Origin: Candidatus Acutalibacter stercorigallinarum
GTDB lineage: Bacteria > Bacillota > Clostridia > Oscillospirales > Acutalibacteraceae
NCBI GenBank assembly: GCA_019112625.1
Contig: DXIW01000029.1
Location: 2,494-66,493, forward strand
Direction: 5' to 3'
DNA: 64,000 nucleotides
Part shown: positions 41,160 through 52,098 of the stretch, one piece after another
Position numbering within the stretch: position 1 is the first letter of the stretch
Layout: each line of letters opens with the position of its first letter
Program-made: the position numbers and the translations under genes
Notes under the pieces: generated by a model
The model's database searches: none
The model's input: only the letters and a program-made list of their open reading frames with translations
Told to the model about the DNA's origin: nothing

Positions 41160-43475
41160 TTACAGGGTGAAGGTCACGCTGTCCAGGGCGGCGTTTACGG
41201 TGAGCTTCAGGCCCAGCGGGGTATCCTGGGCTTCGGCGCCGGTGAGGTCCTTGACCTGGTGGACGTTGCGCAGCACCAGGGAGAGGTTCTGGGCGCGGCC
41301 CTCGAAGGTGAGGGTGACGCTGCCGCCCTCGTTCTTGGCACAGGCGGTGAGCATGGGGTTGCCGTACATGTCCACAACGTCGGCGCGGGCCTGGTCTTTT
41401 AGGGCGAAGAGGTGGAGGGTCAGGTCCTTGCCGTAGTCGTACTCCACGTTCTGGTCGTCGGCGCCGATGGGCAGCAGGGTGTTTTCCCGCACCATCAGGG
41501 GCAGGCTCATAAAGTCGTGGACCTCGTGGAGCCAGCGGCCACCCTCCACCACCCGGTTGTCCAACAGGTTGGTCCAGGTGCCGGCGGGCAGGTAGTAGTC
41601 CACGTCCCTCTCTTTGGTGAACACCGGGGCCACCAGCAGGCGCTCGCCCAGCATGTACTGGCGGTCCAGGTCCTGGCAGGGGATGTCCTGGGGGAACTCC
41701 AGCAGCATGGCCCGCATGGCGGGCACGCCGGTCTGGTGGGCCTCCACCGCGGCGGAGTACAGGTAGGGCATGAGGGTGCACTTCAGGTTGGTGAATTTCC
41801 GCAGCACGTCCACAGCCTCCTCCCCGAAGAGCCAGGGCACCCGGTAGGAGTTGGAGCCGTGGAGGCGGCTGTGGGTGGACAGCAGGCCGAAGGCGGCCCA
41901 GCGCTTGTACACATCGGCGGGGGCGGTGCCCTCGAAGCCGGAGATGTCGTGGCTCCAGAAGCCGAAGCCGGAGAGGCACAGGGACAGCCCGGCCCGGAGG
42001 GACTCGGCCATGGACAGGTAGTTGGAGGAGCAGTCGCCGCCCCAGTGGACGGGGAATTTCTGGCCGCCCACGGTGGCGCTGCGGGCGAAGAGGCAGGCCT
42101 GGCCCCGGCCCTTGTAGGCCTCCAGCAGGTCGAACACGCACTTGTTGTACAGGTAGGGGTAGTAGTTGTGCATCAGCTCGGGGTCGGAGCCGTCGTAGTA
42201 CACCACGTCGGTGGGGATGCGCTCGCCGAAGTCGGTCTTGAAGCAGTCCACCCCCTGGTCCAGGAGGGCCCGGAGCTTCTCCTGGTACCAGGCCCAGGCG
42301 GCGGGGTTGGTAAAGTCTACGATGCCCATGCCGGCCTGCCACAGGTCCCACTGCCACACGTCGCCATTGGGACGCTTGAGCAGGTAGCCGTTCTTCATCC
42401 CCTCCTTGAACAGGGGGGACTTCTGGCCGATGTAGGGGTTGATCCACACGCAGATGTGGAGGTTCCGCTCCTCCTTCATCCGGCGGAGCATGGCGGGGGC
42501 GTCGTCGAACATGGCCTCGTCCCAGGTGAAGTTGCACCACTCGTTCTCCTTCATCCAGAAGCAGTCGAAGTGGAACACGTGCAGGGGGATGTTCCGCTGG
42601 GCCATGCCGTCCACAAAGGAGCGGACGGTCTTTTCGTCGTAGTCGGTGGTGAAGCTGGTGGTGAGCCACAGGCCGAAGCTCCAGGCCGGGGGCAGGGCGG
42701 GGCGGCCGGTGAGGGCGGTGTAGTTTTGCAGCACAGACTTGCCGTCGCCGCCGCCGATGACCATGAAGTCCAGTTTCTCCCCGGGCAGGGAGAATTGGGC
42801 CCGGGTGACCACCTCGGAGCAGAGCTCGTAAGAGACCTTGCCGCTGGAGTTTACCAGCAGGCCGTAGCCCTTGCTGCTGAGGTAGAAGGGGATGTTCTTA
42901 TAGGCGATCTCCGAGCAGGTGCCGCCGTCCTCGTTCCACATGTCCACCACCTGGCCGTTCTTGACGAAGGGGGTGAAGCGCTCCCCCAGGCCGTAGAGCT
43001 TCTCGCCGATGTCCACGTCGAACTGGCAGCGCATAAAAGGGCCCTGGGGGGTCTGCATGGTGCTTACCATGGCGTGGCCGAAGCGGTCGCCGATGTTGGT
43101 GATTTTTTTGCCGTCGTAGTAGTAGGTGAAGGAGGCGGGGGCCTTGGTGATCTTCAGCTCCAGCCGGCCGCTTTTCACGGTGAGGCCGCCCTCAAATTCG
43201 GCGACCTCCAGGGGGAGGTCCTCCATGGCCAGGTCGAACTGGGGCTCCTTTTTCGCGCTGCCCATGTAGTGATACACCTGGGTGCGGAGGATGTCCGCCC
43301 GGGGGGCGGAGAGGAAGAACTCCAGCACCGGGCCCCCTGCCCGGCGTTCGTCGTCGATATAGGGCACGGTGTACAGGTAGACCTGCTTTTCGGTAATCTT
43401 GACTTCCCGGATCTGCACGCAGTCGGCGTTTTTCACCCCGGGGAGGTTGAGCCAGTAGCCTTTGGTAAATTTCAT
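41160..43475 (-). CDS. yicI: Alpha-xylosidase, GH31
   Basis: YGLGERF, WSFGLWLTTSF, HFDCFW, CFKTDFGE, HWGGD, WSHDI. Confidence 0.93.
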   Translation of the reverse strand: MKFTKGYWLNLPGVKNADCVQIREVKITEKQVYLYTVPYIDDERRAGGPVLEFFLSAPRADILRTQVYHYMGSAKKEPQFDLAMEDLPLEVAEFEGGLTVKSGRLELKITKAPASFTYYYDGKKITNIGDRFGHAMVSTMQTPQGPFMRCQFDVDIGEKLYGLGERFTPFVKNGQVVDMWNEDGGTCSEIAYKNIPFYLSSKGYGLLVNSSGKVSYELCSEVVTRAQFSLPGEKLDFMVIGGGDGKSVLQNYTALTGRPALPPAWSFGLWLTTSFTTDYDEKTVRSFVDGMAQRNIPLHVFHFDCFWMKENEWCNFTWDEAMFDDAPAMLRRMKEERNLHICVWINPYIGQKSPLFKEGMKNGYLLKRPNGDVWQWDLWQAGMGIVDFTNPAAWAWYQEKLRALLDQGVDCFKTDFGERIPTDVVYYDGSDPELMHNYYPYLYNKCVFDLLEAYKGRGQACLFARSATVGGQKFPVHWGGDCSSNYLSMAESLRAGLSLCLSGFGFWSHDISGFEGTAPADVYKRWAAFGLLSTHSRLHGSNSYRVPWLFGEEAVDVLRKFTNLKCTLMPYLYSAAVEAHQTGVPAMRAMLLEFPQDIPCQDLDRQYMLGERLLVAPVFTKERDVDYYLPAGTWTNLLDNRVVEGGRWLHEVHDFMSLPLMVRENTLLPIGADDQNVEYDYGKDLTLHLFALKDQARADVVDMYGNPMLTACAKNEGGSVTLTFEGRAQNLSLVLRNVHQVKDLTGAEAQDTPLGLKLTVNAALDSVTFTL

Positions 43476-43621
43476 GGTATTACATCCTTTCGTAAGGCCG
43501 GCAGATTTTGCGGGCTGCCGGTTGAAAAAATCCCGGAACTATTATATAGTATAAGCAGCGCAAAACGCAAGCAGAGAAAATCGGCGGGCTTTGCCCGCGA
43601 AAGATCGGGGAGGAAATTGGC

Positions 43622-44539
43622 ATGACCGTGCTGGTGGTTCTTTTGATTTCGGTGGTCGCCTGTGTGGCGCTGTGGCTGTGGGCCATCGCCCCCCAGCTGC
43701 CCCGGGCGGACTTTTCCGCCTTTGCGAAATATGACTATGCCCACCGTGGCCTGCACGACAAGGACAACGGGGTGCCGGAGAACTCCTTGAAGGCCTTTGC
43801 CCTGGCGGCCCAGTGCGGCTTCGGCATGGAGCTGGACCTGCAGCTGACCAAGGACAACCGGGTGGTGGTCCACCACGACCACAGCATCCAGCGGACCTGC
43901 GGGGTGGACAAGCTCATCTCGGACATGACCCTGGAGGAGCTGTGGGGCTACCGGCTGTTGGGCACTGAGGAGAAGGTGCCCCTGTTCTCCCAGGTGCTGG
44001 AGACGGTAGGGGGCCGCACGCCCCTGATCATCGAGCTGAAGGACTACAACGACAACGACACCCTGTGCCGCCTGGCCATGGAGGAGCTGGCGGGCTACCA
44101 GGGCCTGTACTGCGTGGAGAGCTTTGACCCCCGGATCGTCTGGTGGTTCCGGCAGAACCGGCCGGAGATCGTGCGGGGGCAGCTGATGGAGCGGCTGGAG
44201 AAGGGCCAGAACGGCCTGACGGCCTCCCAGGCGTTTTTTGGCCGGAACATGATGACCAACTTCCACACCCGGCCCCAGTTTGAGGCCTACGACTTCCACG
44301 CCAGGAACGTGCCCTCCCTGAAAGCGGCCCGGCGGGTGTTCGGCATGCAGGAGGTGAGCTGGACCCTGCGCACCCTGGAGGAGTACCAGGAGGCCAAGGC
44401 CCTGGGCAACCTGTGCATCTTCGAGCACTTTTTGCCCCCAGAGAACGCCTGCCAGGAGAAGAAGGGCTTTGGGGACATCCTCGCCGCCGCGGGGCAGGGG
44501 AAGGGCGCCGTGTGCAGCAGCGCGGTGGAGAAGAAATAA
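43622..44539 (+). CDS. Glycerophosphodiester phosphodiesterase family protein
   Basis: AHRG, PENS, ELD, HD, IIELK, ESFDP, WT; N-terminal TM. Confidence 0.9.
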   Translation: MTVLVVLLISVVACVALWLWAIAPQLPRADFSAFAKYDYAHRGLHDKDNGVPENSLKAFALAAQCGFGMELDLQLTKDNRVVVHHDHSIQRTCGVDKLISDMTLEELWGYRLLGTEEKVPLFSQVLETVGGRTPLIIELKDYNDNDTLCRLAMEELAGYQGLYCVESFDPRIVWWFRQNRPEIVRGQLMERLEKGQNGLTASQAFFGRNMMTNFHTRPQFEAYDFHARNVPSLKAARRVFGMQEVSWTLRTLEEYQEAKALGNLCIFEHFLPPENACQEKKGFGDILAAAGQGKGAVCSSAVEKK

Positions 44540-44558
44540 CAGGGAAGAGGGAAGCCCC

Positions 44559-44645
44559 CCCGCCCTCTCCCTTCGCCTGTGGCGAAGCCAGCCCCGCCGG
44601 TGCCCGGCGGGGCTGGCGCGGCTTTGCCGCGCCGGAGAGGGCGGG
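44559..44645. repeat. Four-way-junction element, copy 4
   Basis: Closing stem cccgccctctcc/ggagagggcggg enclosing cttcgcc-TGT-ggcgaag, ccagccccgccgg-TGC-ccggcggggctgg and cgcggc-TTT-gccgcg. Confidence 0.78.
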
Positions 44646-44654
44646 TGCGGGGCG

Positions 44655-44905
44655 GTGAAGAGTGAATAGGGAAGAGTGAATAGTGGAAGGGCGGAGTAGG
44701 GCAGTGAATAGGTAAGAGGTAAGAGGTAATAGGTAATAGGGAAGAAGTAATAAGGGAAAGGGATTTTCTCTGTGATTGATAGCACCCGGCCACTTGTCAC
44801 CCCCCCATGAAGAGGGCAGCGAATAGTGAAGAGTGAATAGTGAATAGGGCGGGGGAAGGGTAGGGAATAAGTAAGTGGTAATAGGGAAGAAGTGAAGGGG
44901 AAGTG
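44655..44905 (+). repeat. Degenerate purine-rich heptamer tandem repeats
   Basis: gtgaaga gtgaata gggaaga gtgaata; ggtaaga ggtaaga ggtaata ggtaata gggaaga agtaata; gcgaata gtgaaga gtgaata gtgaata. Confidence 0.8.
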
Positions 44906-45000
44906 ATTGTGAAAGTTGGCTAGAATTCGGCAAATTAAATTGTGCGATAGGGAGAAAATGGGAGAAGGTGGTAAAATCCTGGAAAAATCGGGAAAAAGGC

Positions 45001-45029
45001 TTGCAAAGCCGGGAGGGCTGTGGTATTAT
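45001..45029 (+). promoter_or_regulatory. S10 operon promoter
   Basis: TTGCAA-17-TATTAT with extended TG and an A-rich upstream region. Confidence 0.7.
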
Positions 45030-45069
45030 AATCAAGCGTGACTGCACAGGCGCTGTTTTAGGCGCCAGA

Positions 45070-45320
45070 TATGCGATGAAGCGGGAGGTTGCGGCCCTTG
45101 CGGCCGGTTTTTCCGTGGAGTATGTCCGATTTGAAACCGGGCGAAAGAATTTGGACGGCTGGAACCACCGGGTCTTCCCGGAAGGCCGATTTTATGCCGG
45201 ACAAAGGATGTTATGGGTTTTGACTCTATCCCCGGGGTCCGCTGCGCGGATCGCCGGTTTTTCTATGTCGAGGGTGGGAACACCCGGAACAGTGTTGAGA
45301 AACCCAGCCCGCCGAATGAA
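45070..45320 (+). ncRNA. Putative structured S10 (rpsJ) leader
   Basis: About 300-nt non-coding leader; gcgatgaagcgggaggttgc...ttccgtggagtatgtc resembles, from memory, Firmicutes rpsJ leaders. Confidence 0.55.
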
Positions 45321-45340
45321 ATTTAAGGAGGCGATTTTTC

Positions 45341-45652
45341 GTGGCAGTCAAGGAAAAAATCAGGATCAGGATCAAGGGGTACGACCATCAGCTGGTGGAC
45401 CAGTCCAGCGAGAAGATCGTGGCTACCGCCAAGCGCACGGGCGCCCGGGTTTCCGGCCCGGTGCCGCTGCCCACCGAGAAGCAGATCATCACCATCCTGC
45501 GCGCTGTTCATAAGTACAAGGACAGCCGGGAGCAGTTTGAGATGCGCACCCACAAGAGACTGATCGACATTCTCCGGCCCAGCAACAAGACCGTGGAGGC
45601 CTTGATGGGTCTGGAGCTCCCCGCCGGCGTAGAGATCGAGATCAAGCTGTAA
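45341..45652 (+). CDS. rpsJ: 30S ribosomal protein S10
   Basis: [28 protein letters not shown]. Confidence 0.98.
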   Translation: MAVKEKIRIRIKGYDHQLVDQSSEKIVATAKRTGARVSGPVPLPTEKQIITILRAVHKYKDSREQFEMRTHKRLIDILRPSNKTVEALMGLELPAGVEIEIKL

Positions 45653-45732
45653 GGCCTGTTCTTAAGCTACTCTGGACTCGGAGGGTCATGTTGGAGCGAT
45701 CCAACCAATAACTCTACAGGAGGAAAACGAAA

Positions 45733-46365
45733 ATGAAAAAAGGAATCATCGGTAAGAAGGTCGGCATGACGCAGATCTTCGACGAAAAGGGCAAGGTCAT
45801 CCCCGTTACCGTGGTAGAGGCCGGCCCCTGCGTGGTCACCCAGAAGAAGACCCTGGAGAACGACGGCTACGAGGCCGTGCAGGTGGGCTTCGGCGACCAG
45901 AAGCCCCAGCGGGTGAAGAAGCCCCTGACCGGGCACTTCAAGAAGGGCGATGTGGCCCCCAAGAAGGTGCTGAAGGAGCTGCGGCTGGAGGACATCACCG
46001 CCCTGAACGTGGGCGACCTGATCAAGGCTGACACCTTCGCCACCGGCGAGCGGGTAGACGTGACCGGCACCAGCAAGGGCAAGGGCTACGCCGGCGTGAT
46101 CAAGCGCTGGAACTTCCGCCGCCTGAAGGAGACCCACGGCACCGGCCCTGTGGCCCGCCATGGCGGCTCCAACGGCGCGTGCTCCACCCCCTCCCGCGTG
46201 TGGAAGGGCCTGAAGATGGCCGGCCACCTGGGCGCCGAGACCGTGACCGTGCAGAATCTTACCGTTGCGAAAGTAGACGCGGAGAACAACCTCATCGCCA
46301 TCAAGGGCGCCATCCCCGGCCCCAACGGCGGCATCGTGGTCATCCGCGACAGCGTGAAAGCGTAA
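45733..46365 (+). CDS. rplC: 50S ribosomal protein L3
   Basis: [15 protein letters not shown]; position in the S10 operon. Confidence 0.98.
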   Translation: MKKGIIGKKVGMTQIFDEKGKVIPVTVVEAGPCVVTQKKTLENDGYEAVQVGFGDQKPQRVKKPLTGHFKKGDVAPKKVLKELRLEDITALNVGDLIKADTFATGERVDVTGTSKGKGYAGVIKRWNFRRLKETHGTGPVARHGGSNGACSTPSRVWKGLKMAGHLGAETVTVQNLTVAKVDAENNLIAIKGAIPGPNGGIVVIRDSVKA

Positions 46366-46382
46366 GGGAAGGAGGAAGTAGA

Positions 46383-47006
46383 ATGCCTACAGTAGCAGTT
46401 TTGAACATGCAGGGCCAGGAAGTGGGCCAGCAGCAGCTGTCCGACGCCGTGTTCGGCATCGAGCCCAATGTCTCTGTAATGAACGATATGGTGAAGAATT
46501 ACCTCGCCAACCAGCGCCAGGGCACTCAGTCCGCCCTCACCCGTTCCGAGGTCTCCGGCGGCGGCAAGAAGCCGTGGCGCCAGAAGGGCACCGGCCACGC
46601 CCGCCAGGGCAGCACCCGGGCTCCCCAGTGGACCCACGGCGGCGTGGTGTTCGCGCCCAAGCCCCGGTGCTACCGGTACACCCTGAACAAGAAGGTGAAG
46701 CGGCTGGCTATGAAGTCTGCCCTCTCCTCTAAGGTGCGGGACAACGAGATGATCGTCATCGACCAGATCTCTACCGACGCCTACAAGACCAAGACCATCG
46801 CCGAGATGCTGAAGGCCGTGGGCAGCGAGAAGAAGGCCCTCATCGTGCTGGATACCGTGGACGAGAAGGTCATCGCCTCCGCCCGGAACATCCCCGGCGT
46901 AAAGACCGCGCAGGTCAACACCCTGAACGTATACGACATCCTGGGCGCCGACAAGTTCATCGTCGTCAAGGATGCGGTAGCCAAGATCGAGGAGGTGTAT
47001 GCGTAA
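46383..47006 (+). CDS. rplD: 50S ribosomal protein L4
   Basis: [14 protein letters not shown]; start at MPTV after aggagg. Confidence 0.98.
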   Translation: MPTVAVLNMQGQEVGQQQLSDAVFGIEPNVSVMNDMVKNYLANQRQGTQSALTRSEVSGGGKKPWRQKGTGHARQGSTRAPQWTHGGVVFAPKPRCYRYTLNKKVKRLAMKSALSSKVRDNEMIVIDQISTDAYKTKTIAEMLKAVGSEKKALIVLDTVDEKVIASARNIPGVKTAQVNTLNVYDILGADKFIVVKDAVAKIEEVYA

Positions 47007-47296
47007 TGGCAGCACAGGATATCATCATCCGCCCCATCATCACCGAGAAAACGATGGACGGCACCAGCCAGAAGAAGTACACCTTTGAGGTAGACAAGAA
47101 CTCCACCAAGGTCGACATCAAGCGGGCTGTGGAAGAGCTCTTCGGCGTGAAGGTCAGCAAGGTGAACACCCTCCATGTCCGCGGCCGCCTGCGCCGCCAG
47201 GGCCGGTACGAGGGCTATACCAGAAGCTGGAAGAAGGCCGTCGTCACCCTGACTGAGGACAGCAAGACCATCGAATTCTTTGAAAGTATGGTTTAA
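47006..47296 (+). CDS. rplW: 50S ribosomal protein L23
   Basis: [19 protein letters not shown]. Confidence 0.98.
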   Translation: MAAQDIIIRPIITEKTMDGTSQKKYTFEVDKNSTKVDIKRAVEELFGVKVSKVNTLHVRGRLRRQGRYEGYTRSWKKAVVTLTEDSKTIEFFESMV

Positions 47297-47401
47297 GGCT
47301 AGGCCGCCATACTCACGAGCGAAACATCGCCCAAGGAAGAACGGGCACGAATGGGGCGAAGCCGCGCCCCGCAAAGCCAAAACTAGGAGAGTGAAAACCA
47401 C

Positions 47402-48235
47402 ATGGCAATCAAGAATTACAAGCCGACCACCGCGGCGAGGCGGAACATGTCCGTAACGGACTACACCAGCCTCTCCAAGAATGGTCCCGAGAAGAGCCTG
47501 CTGGCTCCTCTGGATAAAAAAGCCGGCCGCAACAGCTACGGCCGCATCACCGTCCGCCACCGCGGCGGCGGCAACCGCAAGAAGTACCGCATCATCGACT
47601 TCAAGCGCCAGAAGAACGACATGGAGGTCACCGTGCTGTCCATCGAGTACGACCCCAACCGTTCCGCCTTCATCGCCCTGGTCCAGTATGAGGACGGGGA
47701 GAAGCGCTATATCCTGGCCCCCCACGGCCTGAAGGCCGGGGATAAGGTGATCTCCGGCGCTGCCGCCGACATCAAGCCCGGCAACGCCCTGCCCCTGAAG
47801 AACATCCCTGTGGGTACCTTTATCCACAACGTGGAGCTGTACCCCGGCAAGGGCGCCCAGCTGGCCCGGGCCGCCGGCATTATGGCCCAGCTGATGGCCA
47901 AGGAGAACGGCATGGCCCTGCTGCGCCTGCCCTCTGGCGAGCTGCGCAACGTGCCCGAAGGCTGCATGGCCTCTATCGGCCAGGTGTCCAACATCGACCA
48001 TGAGAACGTGAAGATCGGCAAAGCCGGCCGCAAGCGCCACATGGGTTGGCGGCCTACCGTGCGCGGTTCTGTAATGAACCCCAACGACCACCCCCACGGC
48101 GGCGGCGAGGGCAAGAGCCCTGTGGGCCGTCCCGGCCCTGTGACCCCCTGGGGCAAGCCCGCCCTGGGTTACAAGACCCGCAAGACCCACAACCGCAGCG
48201 ACAAGTTTATCGTGAAGCGCAGAAACGGCAAGTAA
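47402..48235 (+). CDS. rplB: 50S ribosomal protein L2
   Basis: [21 protein letters not shown]. Confidence 0.99.
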   Translation: MAIKNYKPTTAARRNMSVTDYTSLSKNGPEKSLLAPLDKKAGRNSYGRITVRHRGGGNRKKYRIIDFKRQKNDMEVTVLSIEYDPNRSAFIALVQYEDGEKRYILAPHGLKAGDKVISGAAADIKPGNALPLKNIPVGTFIHNVELYPGKGAQLARAAGIMAQLMAKENGMALLRLPSGELRNVPEGCMASIGQVSNIDHENVKIGKAGRKRHMGWRPTVRGSVMNPNDHPHGGGEGKSPVGRPGPVTPWGKPALGYKTRKTHNRSDKFIVKRRNGK

Positions 48236-48262
48236 GGCGCACGGGAAAGGAGCGAAACGAAT

Positions 48263-48535
48263 ATGAGCAGAAGTCTGAAAAAAGGACCTTTCGTGCAGCC
48301 CGTGCTGCTGAAAAGGATCCAGGCTATGAACGAGGCCGGCGAGAAGAAGATCGTGAAGACCTGGAGCAGGGCCTCTATGATCTTCCCGGATTTCGTGGGC
48401 CATACCATCGCGGTGCACGACGGCCGCAAGCATGTGCCGGTGTACATCACCGAGGACATGGTGGGCCACAAGCTGGGCGAGTTCGCCCCCACGCGTACCT
48501 TTAAGGGCCACGCAGGCGCGAAGACGACCAAGTAA
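48263..48535 (+). CDS. rpsS: 30S ribosomal protein S19
   Basis: [22 protein letters not shown]. Confidence 0.99.
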   Translation: MSRSLKKGPFVQPVLLKRIQAMNEAGEKKIVKTWSRASMIFPDFVGHTIAVHDGRKHVPVYITEDMVGHKLGEFAPTRTFKGHAGAKTTK

Positions 48536-48555
48536 AGAAAGGAGAAGAGAGCAAC

Positions 48556-48891
48556 ATGGAAGCGAAAGCGACACTGAACTATACCCGCATCTCTCCCCGC
48601 AAGGTCGGCCTCGTGCTGGATCTCATCCGTAATAAGCCGGTGGACCTTGCCGCCGCTATTTTGAAGCATACCCCCAAGGCTGCCTGCGAGGACCTGGAGA
48701 AGCTCCTGAAGTCCGCCGTAGCCAATGCTGAGAACAACTTCAACATGGACAAGAGCAGCCTGTACGTCTCCAAGTGCTATGTGACGCCCGGCCCCATCCT
48801 GAAGCGGATTCGGCCCAGCGACCACGGCAGAGCGTTCCGGGTACTGAAGAGGACTTCCCACATCACCATCGTGGTGGCGGAAAAAGAGTAA
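48556..48891 (+). CDS. rplV: 50S ribosomal protein L22
   Basis: [25 protein letters not shown]. Confidence 0.98.
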   Translation: MEAKATLNYTRISPRKVGLVLDLIRNKPVDLAAAILKHTPKAACEDLEKLLKSAVANAENNFNMDKSSLYVSKCYVTPGPILKRIRPSDHGRAFRVLKRTSHITIVVAEKE

Positions 48892-48912
48892 GCGGTAGAG
48901 GAGGCAAACTAA

Positions 48913-49644
48913 ATGGGTCAGAAAGTAAATCCCCACGGCCTTCGTGTGGGTGTTATCAAAGACTGGGATTCCCGCTGGTTCGCCAAGGACAACGTATTTG
49001 GCGACACGCTGGTAGAGGACTACAACCTGCGCAAGACGCTGAAGAAGCAGCTCTACTCCGCCGGGGTCCCCAAGATCGAGATTGAGCGCGACGCCTCGAA
49101 GGTGCGCATCCATATCCACTGCGCCAAGCCGGGCATGGTCATCGGCAAGGGCGGCACCGAGATCGAGAAGCTGCGCCAGCAGTGTGAGAAAATGCTTGGC
49201 AAGCCCGTGGTCATCAACATTGTGGAGGTCCGCCAGCCCGACCTGAACGCCCAGCTGGTGGCCGAGAACATCGCCTCTCAGCTGGAGCGGCGTATCTCCT
49301 TCCGCCGGGCCATGAAGGGCTGCATCGGCCGCAGCATGCGCCTGGGCGCCAAGGGCATCAAGACCAAGGTTTCCGGCCGTTTGGGCGGCGCCGAAATCGC
49401 CCGCAGCGAGGAGTACCACGACGGCACCATCCCGCTGCAGACCCTGCGGGCCGACATCGACTATGGCTTTGCCGAGGCCGCTACCACCTATGGCCGCATC
49501 GGCGTGAAAGTTTGGCTGTACAAGGGCGAGGTGCTCAACGACAACCGGGACCAGCGTCCCGAGCGCCCGGAGCGCCCCCGCCGTGACCGGCAGGACCGCC
49601 GCGACCGCGGCCCCGCTGAGAAAAGGGAAGGAGGCCGCAGATAA
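48913..49644 (+). CDS. rpsC: 30S ribosomal protein S3
   Basis: [32 protein letters not shown]. Confidence 0.99.
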   Translation: MGQKVNPHGLRVGVIKDWDSRWFAKDNVFGDTLVEDYNLRKTLKKQLYSAGVPKIEIERDASKVRIHIHCAKPGMVIGKGGTEIEKLRQQCEKMLGKPVVINIVEVRQPDLNAQLVAENIASQLERRISFRRAMKGCIGRSMRLGAKGIKTKVSGRLGGAEIARSEEYHDGTIPLQTLRADIDYGFAEAATTYGRIGVKVWLYKGEVLNDNRDQRPERPERPRRDRQDRRDRGPAEKREGGRR

Positions 49645-50060
49645 TGTTATTACCCAAGCGCGTGAAATACCGCCGCGTGCAGAGAGGCCGGCTGAAGGGC
49701 AAGGCCATGCGCGGCAACAAGGTCACCTACGGTGAGTTCGGCCTTCAGGCCCTGGAGCCCGCCTGGATCACCTCGAACCAGATCGAGGCCGCCCGTGTGG
49801 CCATGACCCGTTACTGCAAGCGTTTCGGTAAGGTCTGGATCAAGATCTTCCCCGACAAGCCCGTTACCCAGAAGCCTGCCGAGACCCGAATGGGTTCTGG
49901 TAAAGGCGCCCCCGAGTACTGGGTGGCCGTGGTGAAGCCCGGCCGGGTGATGTTCGAGCTGGGCGGCGTAAACGAGGCCACCGCGAAGGAAGCCCTCCGC
50001 CTTGCGGCAAACAAACTCCCCATCAAGTGCAAATTCGTTACGAAAGAAACGGAGGCGTAA
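49644..50060 (+). CDS. rplP: 50S ribosomal protein L16
   Basis: [17 protein letters not shown]. Confidence 0.99.
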   Translation: MLLPKRVKYRRVQRGRLKGKAMRGNKVTYGEFGLQALEPAWITSNQIEAARVAMTRYCKRFGKVWIKIFPDKPVTQKPAETRMGSGKGAPEYWVAVVKPGRVMFELGGVNEATAKEALRLAANKLPIKCKFVTKETEA

Positions 50061-50062
50061 GT

Positions 50063-50266
50063 ATGAAAGCTGCAGAAATCAGAGAATTGACCGCTGACGA
50101 GCTGAACAGCAAACTGGCCGACCTTAAGGCTGAGCTTTTTAACCTGCGCTTCCAGCTGGCGATCAATCAGCTCGATAATCCCATGCGCATCTCGGCCGTA
50201 AAGAAGGACATCGCCCGGGTAAAGACCGTCATCCGGGAGAACGAGCTCCACGCCGAGAACGCCTAA
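50063..50266 (+). CDS. rpmC: 50S ribosomal protein L29
   Basis: [17 protein letters not shown]. Confidence 0.97.
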   Translation: MKAAEIRELTADELNSKLADLKAELFNLRFQLAINQLDNPMRISAVKKDIARVKTVIRENELHAENA

Positions 50267-50285
50267 GGAAAGGGAGGGTTAAGAA

Positions 50286-50546
50286 GTGAGCGAAGCTAGG
50301 AATATGAGAAAGACCGCTGTGGGCCGCGTGGTAAGCGACAAGATGGACAAGACCGTGGTCGTGGCCATTCAGGACAGCGTGAAGCACCCCATTTACGACA
50401 AGGTCATCAAGCGCACGGTGCGCTACAAGGCCCACGACGAGAAGAACGAGTGCGGCGTAGGCGACCGGGTGCGCATTATGGAGACCCGCCCCCTCTCGAA
50501 GGATAAGAGATGGCGCCTGGTGGAGATCATCGAGAAAGCCAAATAA
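50286..50546 (+). CDS. rpsQ: 30S ribosomal protein S17
   Basis: [20 protein letters not shown]. Confidence 0.98.
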   Translation: MSEARNMRKTAVGRVVSDKMDKTVVVAIQDSVKHPIYDKVIKRTVRYKAHDEKNECGVGDRVRIMETRPLSKDKRWRLVEIIEKAK

Positions 50547-50614
50547 AAATGTTTGGCAGAAAGTGCTCGAGAACAATTTTCGTATTTGGCTTTTAAGCAA
50601 AGGAGGAACGCACT

Positions 50615-50983
50615 GTGATTCAACAGCAGTCTTACCTCAAGGTGGCCGACAACACCGGCGCGAAGGAGCTTATGTGCATCCGCGTGCTGGGCGGCACCGG
50701 CAGGAGGTATGCCAATATCGGCGACGTGGTGGTCGCTTCTGTTAAAAAAGCAGCACCCGGCGGCGTGGTCAAAAAAGGCGATGTGGTCAAGGCGGTAATC
50801 GTCCGTTCCGCTTCCGGCGTGCGCCGGGAGGACGGCACCTACATCCGCTTCGACGAGAACGCGGCTGTAATCATCCGCGATGACAAGAACCCCAGGGGCA
50901 CCCGTATTTTTGGGCCCGTGGCCCGCGAGCTGAGAGACAAGGAGTACCTGAAGATCCTGTCCCTGGCCCCGGAAGTGCTTTGA
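50615..50983 (+). CDS. rplN: 50S ribosomal protein L14
   Basis: [23 protein letters not shown]. Confidence 0.99.
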   Translation: MIQQQSYLKVADNTGAKELMCIRVLGGTGRRYANIGDVVVASVKKAAPGGVVKKGDVVKAVIVRSASGVRREDGTYIRFDENAAVIIRDDKNPRGTRIFGPVARELRDKEYLKILSLAPEVL

Positions 50984-50998
50984 TGGAGGTGCACTGTA

Positions 50999-51319
50999 AT
51001 GAGCAATAAGATCCATGTAAAAAGCGGTGACACCGTGATGATCATCAGCGGCAAGGACCGCGGCAAGAAGGGCAAGGTCATGGAAGTGAGCCCCAAGGAG
51101 GGCAAGGTCATCGTAGAGAACGCCAATTTCGTGCAGAAGCACGTAAAGCCCCGCAGAATGGGGGAGGCCGGCGGCATCATCAAGGCCGAGTCCGCCATTT
51201 ACGCCTGCAAGGTGCAGGTCGTCTGCCCCCGCTGCGGCAAGCCCACCCGCGTCGGCCACAAGATCTTGGCGGACGGCACGAAAGAGCGCATTTGCAAGAA
51301 GTGCGGCGAGTCGCTGTAA
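50999..51319 (+). CDS. rplX: 50S ribosomal protein L24
   Basis: KOW motif [15 protein letters not shown]. Confidence 0.98.
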   Translation: MSNKIHVKSGDTVMIISGKDRGKKGKVMEVSPKEGKVIVENANFVQKHVKPRRMGEAGGIIKAESAIYACKVQVVCPRCGKPTRVGHKILADGTKERICKKCGESL

Positions 51320-51335
51320 GGGAGGAGTAAGTGCT

Positions 51336-51875
51336 ATGGCAAGAATGAAAGATTTCTACAAAGAGGAAGCGGCTCCCGCTTTGATGAAGAAGTTCGGCTA
51401 CAAGAGCGTGATGCAGATCCCGAAGATCGACAAGATCGTGCTGAACGTGGGCGCCGGCGAGGCCAAGGACAACGCCAAGGCCATCGACGCCATCAGCGGC
51501 GACCTGGCGAAGATCACCGGCCAGAAGCCCGTGGTGTGCAAGGCCAAGAAGAGCGTGGCCAACTTTAAGCTGCGCGAGGGCATGCCCATCGGCGTGAAGG
51601 TGACCCTGCGGGGCGAGCGGATGTACGAGTTTTTGGACCGCCTGTTCAACGTGGCCCTGCCCCGTGTCCGCGACTTCCGCGGCATTAACCCCAACAGCTT
51701 TGACGGCCGGGGCAACTACAACATGGGCATCCGCGAGCAGCTGATCTTCCCCGAGATCGACTACGACAAGGTAGACAAGGTACGGGGTATGGACATCTGC
51801 TTCGTCACCACCGCCAAGACCGACGAGGAGGCCCGGGAGCTGCTGTCTCTTATGGGCGCCCCGTTTACCAGATAA
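51336..51875 (+). CDS. rplE: 50S ribosomal protein L5
   Basis: [21 protein letters not shown]. Confidence 0.99.
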   Translation: MARMKDFYKEEAAPALMKKFGYKSVMQIPKIDKIVLNVGAGEAKDNAKAIDAISGDLAKITGQKPVVCKAKKSVANFKLREGMPIGVKVTLRGERMYEFLDRLFNVALPRVRDFRGINPNSFDGRGNYNMGIREQLIFPEIDYDKVDKVRGMDICFVTTAKTDEEARELLSLMGAPFTR

Positions 51876-51887
51876 GGAGGGATCATT

Positions 51888-52073
51888 GTGGCCAAAATGT
51901 CTATGAAAGTTAAGCAGTCTCGGCCCCAGAAGTACTCCACCCGGGAGTACAACCGCTGCAAGATCTGCGGCCGGCCGCATGCCTACCTTCGGAAATTCGG
52001 CATTTGCCGCATCTGCTTCCGGGAGCTGGCCTATAAGGGCGAGATCCCCGGGGTGAAGAAGGCAAGCTGGTAA
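51888..52073 (+). CDS. rpsN: 30S ribosomal protein S14, zinc-binding short type
   Basis: RCKICGR..CRICFRE, 61 aa. Confidence 0.98.
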   Translation: MAKMSMKVKQSRPQKYSTREYNRCKICGRPHAYLRKFGICRICFRELAYKGEIPGVKKASW

Positions 52074-52098
52074 GCCAAGTGATTAGGAGGTAAATGTC

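Noticed and set aside
39841-42669. 942-aa minus-strand ORF overlapping yicI in another frame
   Set aside because: Pro/Arg/Gly-rich off-frame translation that spans real genes and a terminator
44655-44905. Possible CRISPR array or iterons
   Set aside because: Units are contiguous degenerate 7-mers with no unique spacers, and no cas or rep gene is present
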